Shown piece by piece: positions 23,585-37,299 of a stretch of 64,000 nt of DNA (the stretch's first letter is position 1; every line of letters starts with the position of its first letter). The position numbers were made by a program, and so were the translations under genes. The stretch is from the NCBI GenBank assembly GCA_043228905.1, contig JBHGNT010000014.1:17360001-17424000 (forward strand), written 5' to 3'. This DNA comes from Azolla caroliniana. Lineage: Eukaryota > Plantae > Polypodiophyta. The notes beneath the pieces were generated by a model. It searched no databases and was not told where the DNA came from. It was given only the letters and a program-made list of their open reading frames with translations.

Positions 23585-23712
23585 ATTAAGGTTTCTTATT
23601 AAGGTTTCTGATTTCCTTAAGCGATTGATTTTTGATTAGGGTTTTTGTTTAAGGTTTTTTATTAAGGTTTCTAAATAGGGTTTCTAAATAGGGTTTCTAA
23701 ATAGGGTTTCTG
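23585..23712. repeat. Telo-box-like TAGGGTTT/TAAGGTTT short repeats upstream of the 23890 ORF
   Basis: AGGGTTTCTAAAT in tandem at about 23677-23710 plus degenerate copies. Confidence 0.6.
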
Positions 23713-24606
23713 ATTTTTTAAGCGGTTGATTTCTGATTATTGTTGAAAATTTCAGATTTAGTGTTGGAATTTTGCACCAATTCACATTTTTGATTTCAAT
23801 GGTTGTGTGTCTGCAAACTTCCCCCAAACTTGATTTAGGATTTGGGTGATTGTGGCTGATTTTTTATTTTTGATTCTTCCCTACCAATTATGGTTCTTAA
23901 TACACATGTCCCAGTAGAGGACTTTAACAACATATATGGTCTGTTGCTAAAGGGTATTGACCCTGCTGTTGTAACAGATAAATTGATTAGTGATGTAGAC
24001 TGGTTGTCAGTCTATAAAGTGCCCATACTGAAAGTCAAGGTGAAGCTCAAGCATGTACGACCGGAGTTGTATGACGACTACATGAAGCTCCACCAAAAAG
24101 TATATCAAGAGATCCCGGTCAACAATGAGTTGTCCATTGCATTCACGAGAGCTTTTGCATACGAGTATTGTAAAACAATGAAGGAAGCAATGGACCCTGA
24201 AATGTATAGGGTAACTTGGGCTATTTATGGTGAGATATCGGTAGAACAATGTCGAAAGATAGGGAGCTTGCAACAAAAAAAGGCAAGATTCTGGAGCATG
24301 GCAGTTGATGATGCAATAGTTGACTCCCAAGAAACCCGGAAGTATGCACCACACGAAAACACAATGAAAGCCAATGTCGATGATACAGGTGAGACATTGA
24401 TTAGCTATATGCTGAACAATGTCCATGAAGCATGTGAGACATTAGAGGCAACAAAGACTGATTTAGAGAAAGCAACATTGGCTGTTGTGATGGAGAGCAA
24501 AGTCACTTTGGTAGTGACAACAATAAAAAATAAGATTCAGGTAGCAATTGTTTTGCTAGTATGTAACATGCTATAAAACTTGTACATGAAAATGTGCATA
24601 GTGAGG

Positions 24607-27600
24607 TGTAGAAAGCAACGTGCGGAAGCAAGTATGAAGACCGAACAGAAGGAAGGAAACTCAGGTTCAATGGAGAGCTTGAGCTTACACGGTATACGCG
24701 GGAGAGACAAAGAGAAGACACAAAAAGCTATATTCAACAATAATACTCAGTCTGTACATAAGACGTGCTCAGTGAACATTTTTATACAAGTCCTAGAAGG
24801 ACTGACCGAAGTACTGACAGTACTTCAATGCTCATCAAGAGCTCCTACACTAACTCCCAAATATATTCCTCACGGAATATCTTTCCTAACGACCTCCCGG
24901 TGTACGCACTCGGCCTAACCGATCGGTCCCAACCGATCCGGTCCTCGGTTTCTTCAGCCGAACCGGCCGATGTTGAGCTTGTCTCTCAACACTCCCCCTC
25001 AAGCTCAACTCGAGGCTCTTCGGGATCCTCGGGCTCACAACTCCGGTTCCTCCTGGCTTCACGCCTCGCTCGCGCTCCTCGACCTGTTCGACTCCGCGCG
25101 CTTCGACCCTTCCGGTCGGCTCGTCTGCTCATGCGGCCCTTATCAGCTCTTCTGCTGTTGCAGTGTCGACACTTCTTCTGCTGCCTTTTCTTCCGCTTGG
25201 GCCTCAGTTGGTTCAACGTGTCTGAATCAAACATCCGAACCGACTTGGCTACCTCCGATCGGTTTTCGCTCTCGTCCGAGTTGGCTGTCTCCAACTCGTC
25301 TTTGGTCTTCTCGCCTTCGATGGCGTCATCTTCCCCATGCGTGGTTGGCTTCGGCTCTCTCCTTTGGTTGCTCCCCTTTTGCCTGCTTCTGAACTTTTCC
25401 GCGGGTCCGCCCTCGACTTCTTCAGCCGATCCGATGTCGAACTTGTCAACCGACTCAGTGTCGCGGTGTCCGCTCCTTTCCTGCTGCCTTGCTTGGTCGT
25501 TCGGGACTGTTCTCCCCCCCAAGTTTGGCACGTCAAGGTGACGCAACCCGAGCGCACCTGAGAATTGCCGCAACTTGTCCAGACCAAGAGGCTTGGTGAA
25601 GATGTCGGGAGCCTGCCGATCCGTCGGAACGTACTGAAGTTCGACTTCACCGGAAAGGACATGCTCACGGATGAAATGGTAGTGCACCTCAATGTGCTTG
25701 GTCCGTGCGTGGAAGAAGGGGTTCTTCGCGAGTTGGATACTGTTGAGGTTATCGCAGTAGATCGTCGTTGGATCGGTCACCTCCACTTGCAGGTCCTTAA
25801 GTAGCCGCTTCAACCATATGGCCTCGCATGTCGCGACAGCCACTCCTCGGTACTTAGCTTCGGTGCTTGACAGAGCAATTGTCGGCTGCTGCTTACTACA
25901 CCACGCGATCATGGCACTCCCGAGGGAGAACGCGTATCCAAACCTGGATCGGCGATCGGCGGCGTTGCCAGCCCAATCAGCATCGGTGTAGCCGACTAAC
26001 TGCGCGGCTGCACCAGTCCGATATAGCAGTCCGCCGTCCTTAGTGCCGCTTATGTACCGAAGTACGCGTTGCACACACTAAAGGTGCTCCCCGGTAGGTC
26101 GCGCCATGAACTGACTGATCACCCCGACCGGATAACTGAGGTCGGGCCGGGTGATGGTCAAGTATATGAGGCTTCCGACAATTTGTCAGAATCTTGTCGG
26201 GTTGCATACCTTTCCCATATCAGGACGAAGCTTGATGGTTCTGTCCCGAGTTTGAAGAGCATACTCAGCACGTAATGACGTTGGCTGACCAATATGCCTT
26301 CGGGGGTACGGATCACTTCGATCCCGAGGAAGTAATGAAGGTCTCCCAGGTCCTTCATGTCGAACGATGCCGCAAGCTGGAGCTTCACGCGGTCGATTTC
26401 ACCTAGGTCGGCGCCGGTGATGACCAAGTCATCAACATATAGTAAAATACTAACCGGTCCGAGTTGACCTTTCCGGATGAACAGGGAAGAGTCCGATTTT
26501 GACGTGACGAAGCCCATCCGACGCAGTTGTTGCGTGATCTTTGCGTTCCAGGCACGCGGGGCTTGCTTCAATCCGTAAAGGGACTTCTTTAGTCGGCATA
26601 TTGCCGAGGAGTTCGTTCCAGAGTGAAATCCGGGGGGTTGTACCATGTACACCTGTTCCTCAAGGTCACCTTGCAGGAACACATTCTTTACATCCATCTT
26701 ATGTAGGTGCCACCCCTTGGCCGCGGCTACTGCGAGCAAAACACGGACGGTCGTCATTTTCGCGACCGGCGCAAACGTCTCATCGTAGTCGATGTCGTGT
26801 TTCTGCGCGTAGCCCTTTGCCACTAGCCGAGCCTTGTACCGGTTGACCGAGCCATCGGTGTTGTACTTGACTTTGTACACCCATCTACACCCGATCGGCA
26901 TCACACCCTTCGGTGCGTCAACCAGGTCCCAGGTCTCGTTCTCCGCCAATGCGTGCATCTCTTCCTCCATCGCGGCGCGCCAATTCGCGTCCTTCGCCGC
27001 TTCTGCGTAGCTCTCCGGCTCACGCACTTCCGCTACACGGGTCATGTACGCATAATGATGCGCCATGTACTCGTTGTATACGAACCACAAAACAGGATTC
27101 TTCTGGCGGGTAGATCGGCGTAATCTCACATTAGCCGATGTCGAGGCCTTCTCAGTTGACGCGACCTTCACCTTTAAAGACCCGTCACCGGTTCCCTCGG
27201 AGTCGGACTCGTGTCGGTCTGACTCGTTCCTTTCCGTGCCGGAATCCGACACCTTCTTCTTCCCTTTCTCTTTGCCCGTAAGCCGTCTCCTCGGCCTCCT
27301 GCGCGGGGAATGCACGGCCGAGTTTCCACTACTCGTCGGCTCTTCATCGGACTGGTCGTACCGGCTCAGTCGTCCAATCGGTTCACTTAAACGGAGTGAA
27401 ATCGGACTCTCTTCGCGGGTCTCGATTTTGGGCTCATCCGGAGGCATCTCGGCCTCGCTGACCTCATCGTCAGAGCTCGGATTGGAGTCGAGGTTCGTAG
27501 TCGGGGGCAGGTACCAGGACGCGGACTCGTCAAACACAACGTCGCGGCTGACACGCACTTGTTTGGTGCGAGGGTTATAACACTTATAACCCTTCTGCTC

Positions 27601-29765
27601 GTTTGAGTAACCGACCAAGATGCATTTCTCGGCCTTTGCGTCCAGCTTCCTCCTTTTCTCCTTCGGTACATGCACATACGCAATGCTACCGAACACCCTC
27701 AAGTGTCGCAAGTTCGGCTTCGTTTCGAAATATAGCTCGTGCGCCGACACTTTGTCTCCGATCCGGTTTTGGATGTATACCGCGGTCCTTACCGCCTCGG
27801 CCCAGTAGAACTTAGGTAAGCTCTTCTCCTCCAACATTGCCTGTGCCGCTTGCACAACTGACCGATTCTTTCTCTCGGCCACGCCGTTCTGCTTTGGCGT
27901 GTATCTACAACTGAATTCGCGGCGAATTCCCATTTGTTGTAGGTAACCGTTGAATTGACCAGAAAAGTACTCTTTCCCGCCATCCGACCGCAAGCACTTG
28001 ATCTTTCGTCCCGTTTCGGCTTCCACGAACCCTTTGACTGTATAAACCGAACCTCCATCCCTTGGTTGACGATCTGTCCGACCGAGACCAAGTTTTTCGT
28101 GATTGTCGGGACATGCAACACGTTCATGAGTTTCCCTTTCTGCCCGACATGGCTAAGGGGAACTTCTCCAACATTCACGATCAGATGCGGAGTGTCGTCT
28201 CCTGTTGCGACTACTCCAGGTTCTATCGGTTTTTTAAGGTACGAGAACCACTCCTTATGGCTCGTCATGTGGTTTGACGCGCCGGAGTCTACGTACCACA
28301 CCTCGTCCGATCCCGGGGTGCTTTGTTTCATTGAGTTTGCTTCGTGTCTCATCACGAAGGCAGGCCCTTCTCCGGCTCTCCCGGAGTCTTCGGCGTAGTG
28401 CGATCGCTGCCGATTTCCCTTGTTGGTATGTCTGGAGCCGTTTCCAGAACCAGTTCTCTCCGAATCGGCGCGCTTCTTCCAGCACTCACTTTCCCTGTGG
28501 CCTTTCTTACCACAGTACCAGCACTCCGCGATGGCCTTCCCTTGCCGGTTCTCATCGCTTCGACTCCCTCTATTTCCGGAGGGTCTGGAGTTGCTGTCGG
28601 CATCACTTCGGTGCCTTCTTCCTTGATCTCTCGGCCGCTTCCATTGCGTACCGACTCGCCTCGTCCGCCACGACCACAGGGCCTTTCTCCCTCCGTGTAC
28701 AACATCTTGCTGTCGGTGTGCGTGCTCGTCGACGCACCCGCGTGGTTCTCCTCTACCAGGAGCATCGACTGTAAGTCGAAAAAGGACGGCTTATTCTCCC
28801 GGGTGCACACATCCGTTCGGAACGCTCCGAACTTCGACGCCAAACCTCCGAGACAGATCTGAACCATCTCGCTCTCCTTGATGTTCACCTCTATGGAGGC
28901 GAGGGAGTCGCAGATATCCTTGATCTTCGAGGTAAAGTCCGCCACCGACAAGTTGCGTTGTCGTAGGTTGCTCAACTCCTGTCGGAGCTGAAGCTTCCTG
29001 GCTGTGGTGCTCGCGGCGAAAATCTTCTTCAGATTTTCCCACGCACCCTTCGGCGTCTTTGCATCCCGAACATAGCTCAATAAATGTTCGCCCACACACG
29101 ACGTGAAGCAGTACAATACCCTGCTCGCCGATTGCTCCCACGACGAGAAGTCTCTGTGTGTCGATTTGGGTGCCGCGTCATTAGCTCCTTCGACATAACT
29201 CCAGTAGCCGTGCCCGAGCAGGTACTGGTGCATCTTGTAGGACCAAGACGCGTAGTTGGTTCTGTCGAGCTTCTCTATTGGAAGCGAGCTCGCCGTGCCT
29301 CTATCCATCGTTCTTCTCGTTCTTCTTCGTCAAGCTGTGTCAGCTGCAGAGAGGTTCTCAACCCTCGCGCTCTGATACCATGTAGAAAGCAACGTGCGGA
29401 AGCAAGTATGAAGACCGAACAGAAGGAAGGAAACTCAGGTTCAATGGAGAGCTTGAGCTTACACGGTATACGCGGGAGAGACAAAGAGAAGACACAAAAA
29501 GCTATATTCAACAATAATACTCAATCTGTACATAAGACGTGCTCAGTGAACATTTTTATACAAGTCCTAGAAGGACTGACCGAAGTACTGACAGTACTTC
29601 AATGCTCATCAAGAGCTCCTACACTAACTCCCAAATATATTCCTCACGGAATATCTTTCCTAACGACCTCCCGGTGTACGCACTCGGCCTAACCGATCGG
29701 TCCCAACCGATCCGGTCCTTGGCTTCTTCAGCCGAACCGGCAGATGTTGAGCTTGTCTCTCAACA
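24607..29765 (-). mobile_element. Ty1/Copia element C with paired 385-bp LTRs (24607-24991, 29381-29765)
   Basis: LTRs show 4 differences by eye; TSD TGAGG/TGAGC; PBS tRNA-iMet 29369-29380; PPT 24992-24999. Confidence 0.96.
24986..29308 (-). pseudogene. Copia C gag-pol with frameshifts and internal deletions
   Basis: gag EKLDRTNYASWSYKM, protease WYVDSGASNHM, integrase RSDGGKEY, RT LYVDDL, RNase H PDIFTK. Deletions near 28040 (pre-integrase) and 26240 (RT end). Confidence 0.92.
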
Positions 29766-30905
29766 TGAGCTCGAAATTGAGGGGCCGTTGGATCCCCAAC
29801 GGAAAACACAACTGCAGATAGAGATCCAAGTTCTTTCAATGAACTTGGACCTTCTAGATGTAAATATTGTCACTGATTACAATTTGGAGAACCTCCAAGT
29901 AAGTTAATGATTCTTGTTTCTTGTTGTTCTATCTTCCTCATTAAGAAATGATAAATCGGTAATTTCTTAGTTGTGTTCTAGGAACAATACTCCTGTCAAG
30001 AACAGGTAGTTAGCTACCTTAAGAAGCAACTACATTTTGTGGAGGGTATGGTAAAGAGCAGACAAGAATTGGACCTCAACAGTCTTGCTCCCTTACCAAA
30101 CTAAAGAGAACCAGGCAACAATATATTGACTGTTCAAGCACGTTGCATCGCTTGCGGCTTAGGCATAGAGGACAAAACTGCTACTCTGTTGGTACACCTA
30201 CGACCATGCCAACACACACACACCATATCGTTTGTTTTCAATATGCCTGTCACATTGCTGCAGTCTGTTTAGGGGATTGCAATACAACTCTCTCAGATGA
30301 GTGGAGAAAACTAACAGGTAAAATTGTTGCTTGTCTTTATAGTGTACTAGCTAATTAGCTAAGCCAGCAATACAATGACCATCCAACCTAGAATAACCCT
30401 GAACAACATGGAGAGATGGCAATTCGGGAACTCCTTGGCACTCCCAGGTGTTCTCCCTATTTACTTCATCTATCTTCACTTCCCAACATTCACGCTTGCT
30501 ATCTCGGACCTGAGAGGAATAAACACCAGTTGCACTCATTGACATATTAGCTCTTAAAATGTTGACAACATGTGTTGCACAATTCATATGCACACTATCT
30601 ACCTTTAATTGTTCATGGGTATGTGCTCGCTTTATAACTGCACATTCTCCATCATGTTCACCTTTACCATGGCCAGACCCAAAAACATTCAATCTCATCT
30701 CCAAACCTGTTATAGAAGGATACCTCCCAACAAAATAAAATGGATGTCTAGCCTTGAATTGTGACGCAACTTCGTCAGACCAAACCCAATGTTGAGTAAG
30801 CTCCAAACGTTGACATAATAACCATTGCCAATGTAACTTAAAAAAGTGTTCGACAAATAAGGTATCATGCTTCTTATCATTAGAAATAAAAAAAATGAAT
30901 TACGT

Positions 30906-32211
30906 TGTCGTGAAGATCCGTCACTAGGTGCGGATCGCGAGGTGGAATCGTCGGGGTTCTGGACCGGAAGGACTCGAAGTTTGCACAAGCTTTAGTGGGA
31001 AAGGAATTAAGATAGATTGAAAGAGAGAGAGATTGAGATAAGATAGAACGCTTGATTTTAGATTGAGAGAGAGATTAAGAACTCTTGACTTTAGATTTCA
31101 AGAACAAGGTATATCATCAAAAGGATAACGAATTTTCTTCTTAATATTAATTTCGATTTAAAGTACAAAGCTTTCTTTTATCCCAAGAAAATCCTCCCAT
31201 TGATCTTTTTCATTCCCTCTTTTATAGATGCCCTCATGCATTTGAGGGTTCAAGACATGCATAAAATGCATGTTTGCCATTTGGCGCTCATGTATTACAT
31301 GTGGTACATGATAACCATGTCACTCATTTTAGCTCTCATATATGAGAATTTATATGTAAAAGTACAATGATAGAAATATAATTTCAACTAATATCTTAGC
31401 TTAGTGGTAAGCCAATTGACCTCTAACTTGGAGGTGCAAGGTTTGAATCCTTACTTGCCCTCCTTGTATATGTATATATATTTACATATTTATTTACCTA
31501 GTCGTCGAACGCTGGTTACCGGTGGCTGCCGTCGCCGAATGCCGCCGAAGCACCGGCTCCATCGCCGGACCGGTTTTGGTTGGCCAAAACCATTATATAT
31601 GTAAAAGTACAATGATAGAAATATAATTTCAACTAATATCTTGGCTTAGTGGTAAGCCAATTGACCTCTAACTTGGAGGTGCAAGGTTTGAATCTTTACT
31701 TGCCCTCCTTGTATATCTATATATATTTACATATTTATTTACCTAGTCGTCGAACGCTGGTTACCGGTGGCTGCCGTCGCCGAATGCCGCCGGAGCACCG
31801 GCTCCATCGCCGGACCGGTTTTGGTTGGCCAAAACCTTTATGAGTGCTAGGCCACCTCCACTCTTAGTTCAAGTTACCTTGAACTCTCTATGCTCCACAC
31901 ATAGACATAAAGATAATAGCTTTTGCTCTATCTTATATATGATGAGAGCCGTATTTGTCGTGCCTATGTGGGATATCTCATAGTTTTCTCTTTTCCTTTC
32001 ACAAACTTTATACCCTCATATCTTGACATCTAGTTGTCTGTTTCTCGTGTAATAAAGTGCATTCGAAAGCTCTTGAAGGCCTCCATCATTTTGTACTTAG
32101 ATATTAAACTTATTTACAATGTTACCTTCACTATTATTGTTTTATGTGATTCATACTCGATTTTGTACGTTTTATGTGATTTTCACACCATTGCCGAAAA
32201 TCTTCATGACA
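30906..32211 (-). mobile_element. Gypsy solo LTR (E family) with 4-bp TSD ACGT and an internal 245-bp tandem duplication
   Basis: TGTCGTGAAGAT...ATCTTCATGACA termini; ACGT at 30902-30905 and 32212-32215; 31351-31595 repeated at 31596-31840. Confidence 0.93.
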
Positions 32212-32276
32212 ACGTTCTTAACATCACCTGAAACTCGAAAATATGGGTTGTGAATCAAGCTCAACATAGCTGAACG

Positions 32277-35200
32277 TGTGAACACACCTTTTGAGAATGT
32301 ATGATTACTCAAAGGTCAAGAGTCACACCACTACTCTCTACACATTAACTATGTGTCATAGAATCATATTCTATGAAACATAACTAATCAGTTACATATT
32401 CCCCATGACTACGAGTCTTCACATTCCCCAAGAGAGAGAGTGGTTGTTGTAAGTTAATGAAGAGAGAGGGTGACTCTATATAAAGCACCCTCCTCATACT
32501 TCATACTAAGTCGGTTGTGACTCCTTATTATGCTACATTTTGTAATCCTTATTCTACTTGTGAAATATACACCTTCTTCTTGAGTATTCCTTTTTCTATC
32601 TATCTTGTGTTCTTTCATCTCTCCTCTAATTCCTCTCACACATACACATAACACACATCTCTTCTACTACACAAGAATCATACCTGATTGTTTACATGGT
32701 AGCAGAGCAATTTGGTAGCTCGATCTAGCCCACTCGCCTCATCGTGATTATGTGGTGTGCTCTACGCCGACGTTCAAGAAGAAACGGCTCATCGCTATCG
32801 TAGTACCACTACATAGCTCGTGTTCAAGAAAGAAGGAAAAGAAGAAAGAAAGCTTAATTGACAATGAATACTCAAATGGGGAGCACTCTCCCTAGCGAGA
32901 AGTTGGACCGAAACAACTTTGCATCTTGGGAGTACAAGATGCACCAATACCTTGTTGGCCAACGCTATTTTCGCCGCCAACACTACCACGAGAAAGCTTC
33001 AACTCCGTCAAGAGTTGAACAACATTCAACAAAGGGATATGTCCATCACAAGCTACACCTTGAAGATCAAGGAGCTTTACGACTCGCTTGGCTCGATAAG
33101 CATCAATGTGGATGATGATGAGATGGTGCAAATATGCCTCGGTGGCCTTGCACCACGATTCGGCGCGATGCGGACCGCTGTACTAGCACAAGAGAATCCA
33201 CCCTCCTTCGATCTTCAATCTATGTTGTTGGTCGAAGAAAACCATGTTCGAACGAGGAGCAATGCCTCGGTAGGCCACATGCTCTACACGCATTCGGACG
33301 AAGGAAGAGGATGCGGCCGTCCAAGAAGAGGCCGATTCGGCCAAGGAAAAGGCGGACGAGGCTCGACTTACGAAAACAACTCGCAATTTCGGCATCAAGA
33401 CGGAAGCCATCGAGGAACCTTCAGAAGAAGGGGGAGCTTCCATTCTGGTCCGAACCGACAAAGGCTCAGTCGAATGCGGATATTGCGGAAAAATCGGTCA
33501 CCACGAAGAAGAATGACGTAAGAAGATACGCGAGTTGGCTTCCACTAGCCGACAACTCACCAACTACACCATCAATTTTGACTATGACGATCGCGGCGGA
33601 ATGTTCGTGATGAGACATAGACCGAATTCTATGTCGGCCTCTACTTCTACTAGTGCCTCCAGTCTGGAAGACGTATGGTTCGTCGATACCGGTGCCTCGA
33701 ACCATATGATGTCCCATCAAGAATGGTCTCGAGAGCCGGACTAACCCGGCTATGTCGAAACCGGAGACGACACTACGCACCCGATTCGGCACATCGGCAA
33801 TGTTCCGTTGTTGTGTAAATCTTCTCACACTATGTAAAAAATAATAATAAAAAATAAAATAAGTACTTTATATTAGCTTAATGGCATGTTATAGAAGATG
33901 GATGTTTGAGAAGATAGGGAAAATAGAACTATTATTTATCCCACATAGATAGAAAACTTAAGGCCCTGGCTATATAAGCACCTTGAGTCCCTCATTTTCA
34001 TTTGTGCTAAGAGCACTTTGGCCACTTTATCTTGATGGATGATGGTGGCCAAGTTCCCAAAAACCGGAAACCGGCCGGTAAGCAAATTCGGAAACCAATC
34101 GGTATGCAAATCCGGAAATTGGAAATCGGCCTGTAAGCAAATTTAGAAACTGGCTGGTAAGCAAATCCGGAAACCGGCCGGTATGCAAACCGAAAACCAG
34201 CCGGTAAGCAAAACTGGAATTGGAACCGGTCGGCAAGCAAACCGGAACTGGAACTGAAACCGGCAAGGAACCGGAACCGGTCGGCAATTAAATCGAAACT
34301 TGCCGGCAAGCCAAATCGGAAACTGGCCGATAAGCAAAACTGGAATCCGGAAACCGACCGGTAAGCAAAACCGGAATCGGGAAATCAGTCGGTAGGCAAA
34401 ACCAAAACCGGAACTGGAACCAGTCGGCAAGCAAAATCGGAACCGGAACCGGCAAGCAAACCAGAACCAGCCGGCAAGCAAAATGGAACCGGCCGGCGAG
34501 GGATTCGGCGATCGGGCGGAACCGGCTATCGGACGAGGTTGGACGCGAACGGACGGAAGATTGGATCATGCAACAAACTAAAGTAAAGTGAAGAGAACTA
34601 AAGTAAAGGCCATGTGGACGCAAGCAACTAAAGTTGGAGTGCATGCAAAAAGTAAAGGTCATGTGGACGGTCGCATGCAACTAAAAGAAAAAGCCATGCA
34701 ACTAAAAATAGATGTGACTAAAAGAAAAAGCTAAGCAACTAAAAGTAGAGGCCATGCAACAAAAAGTGGACATGCAGATGATCAAGAAAAAACTCCATAT
34801 AAAATTCCTTTTTTTTTCCTACACTCGGAGGCTCTCTCCATATTATTATTTTTCTTTTCCTTCTTAGCTCCCTTATCTTATCGAAGCCATAACACTCATA
34901 AACTATAATTTTCCCTAGGGAAGCCATAACTCTCATAAACCCTAAATTCACTACGAAAGCCATAACACTCAAAAACCCTAATCTTCCCTACGGAAGCCAT
35001 AACACTCAAAAACCCTAATTTCCTTACGGAAGCCATAAACCCTAAAATTTCCCTACGGAAGCCATATCTCTCAAAATCCAAAATTCCTTATCAAAGCCAT
35101 ATCACTCAAGAATTATAATCTCTTATTTCCTCTAATCTATTATTCTAGTAATCTCCTTAAGATAAAACTTTTGTAATCCCAATCTTGGGATTGATTGTAA

Positions 35201-36495
35201 ATTTTCTTTTCTATCTGTTAATGAAATTTGTCAATCTTTCTCATTTTCCATTAATTGTTTAATATAAACATACGAGTCTGATATATTCCGGTCGGAGGCC
35301 CCGGGGTCCTGCCTGAAGTTCACGTATCCTCGTCGTATTTTCGCGACACCGTTCGGAGAAGAAGGTAACCAAACTTATATTAAAAATGTCTTGCATGTAC
35401 CAACTATCACGAAGAATTTGGTCTCCGTTGGCCAAATTGTAGAGCAAGGAATGCAAGTACGATTTAATCAAGGTGGTTGATTCATTGAAAAAGAGGGCCG
35501 ACTCATCGCTCGCAGACGAAGAGAGGGCCTAATGTTCATTCTCGACTCACATGAGATTAAATCGGCCATGTTAGCAAAGGGCATGAAAACTGATTCCGAC
35601 ATAGAGTTATGGCACAAGCGGATTGGCCATATCAACCTCCAAAAGCTCAAGGCAATGCAATCGAAAGGAGTCGTCATCGGGCTCCCATTCGGCAAGCAAC
35701 ATCGGCACCCATTTCCGAAGGAGCGGAACATGAACAAAGGCGTACTCGATATAATTCATTCCGATGTATGGGGACCGGCTCAAACGGCAACATTCGGCAG
35801 ATGCTGATACTACGACCTTTATCGACGACTTCTCTAGGCACACTTGGATCTACCCGATGCGGCAAAAGAGCGAAGTGTTCAGACACTTCAAAAATTCAAG
35901 AGTGGATTCGAAAAAGCTATGAGTCGATATGTATGGTGCCTTCGATCGGATTGAGGCAAGGAATATTTCTCGGATGAGTTTACAACGTATCTACGGAAAG
36001 AAGGAATTCGGCGAGAGTTTTCCTTTCGACATACGCCACAACAAAACGGAGTGGCCGAACAAAAGAATCACCACATCCTCGAAGTAGCATGGGCCATGAT
36101 GAACGAAAAGCACGTGCCGAAGTTGTACTGGGCAGAAGCAACTAACACGGCCGTATACCTCATGAATCGGTGTACGACATTGGGTGTGCACGAACTTACT
36201 CTGGACGAAAAGTTTTTCGGAAAGAAGCCAGATCTATCACACGTCCGGATATTCGGCTCCATTGCGTATGTGCACATCCCCGATGAATAGCGACAAAAGC
36301 TCGACCCGAAGTCGGAGAAATGTATCCTCATCGGATACTCACTGGAGCAAAAGGGGTACAAGTGCTACAACCCCTTGACTTGAAAAGTTCGCGTAAGTCG
36401 AGATGTCGTTTTTGACGAGTCCGCATCCTGGTACGCACCAGAGACAACTTCGACTCCGATTCCGCTCGACCCGGAATCCGCTACTCAAGAATCAT
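32277..36495 (+). mobile_element. Truncated, decayed Copia G (C-related)
   Basis: LTR 32277-32696 (TGTGAAC...GTTTACA); PBS TGGTAGCAGAGC 32697-32708; gag EKLDRNNFASWEYKM; WFVDTGASNHM; LWHKRIGH; integrase with stops; no RT or 3' LTR. Confidence 0.88.
33809..35348 (+). mobile_element. 1540-bp Gypsy solo LTR with 4-bp TSD CCGT and three internal minisatellites
   Basis: TGTTGTG...CGCGACA termini; CCGT at 33805-33808 and 35349-35352; protease sequence of G resumes across it; repeats at about 34060-34500, 34570-34760 and 34884-35105. Confidence 0.85.
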
Positions 36496-37299
36496 ACCCG
36501 ATTCTTTGCAATATGTTATGTGCACAAGAATGGTTACTTGCACTGAACACCAATGCATGGATTGAATTTCATTCTTCTACTTGAAAGTATAATTCTCCGC
36601 GAAATCTACTACTAAGACTACTACATCATTTGGTAAATAAGATATGCAAGTCTTAAACTGATGGGCCTGCCCTGAATAAATGAAGTTGTGTTTAATGAAC
36701 TTTCCTAGAGATACTACAAATAAAGACGCCAAATCCCTTGGTTTAAGAGACTTCTTAGCTAGATCCTTTCTTTTACAGACCTTTCCTTTAAAATTGGTGT
36801 CAAGAGACTCAAATAACTTGGCATAGATTAATATTTTACTACTCAACTCTTTTGGACACCACCTAAATCTACTAGGGCCATAATCTTGACATAAACCCAT
36901 GACACATTTATGACTGTGGAAGATAGCCTCAGATTCTCTTGGACACAATACTAAATCTAAAAGATCATTCATCGAAGAGATAACATGCTTTGATGATTTA
37001 CAATGCTCCTACAGGCTAGATCGACAAATTGGGCACTCACAAGTGTAGACCGCATCCTGTAGGGAGGAGCTATGGTGACGTAGTAGATTAACAGAGTCCT
37101 TGAGAAAACCCATTTGTACATGGTAAATGCAACATGTGTATCGATCCTTTAAGCATCTCACAAAGTGTGGCTTAAGAGACTCGAATGTTCATAGTTGAAC
37201 TTTGATATTTGGATGCATTCGCCTGAACCTAATAAATAAATCAACATGCGTAATAAAAAGGGAGTCTAGTGAGTATAAAAAATGCACCTTGATGTAGCT

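Larger units (their letters stand above)
23890..30105 (+). pseudogene. Spliced unknown gene (probable accessory gene of the Sola2-like element), interrupted by Copia C
   Basis: 228-aa ORF 23890-24576; candidate intron GT at 24541 to AG near 24601; frame resumes after C (ELEIEGPLDPQRKTQLQ); GTAAGT donor near 29899; convergent with the transposase. Confidence 0.5.

Noticed and set aside
23585-23712. Interstitial telomere
   Set aside because: Spaced TAGGGTTT motifs rather than a (TTTAGGG)n tract.
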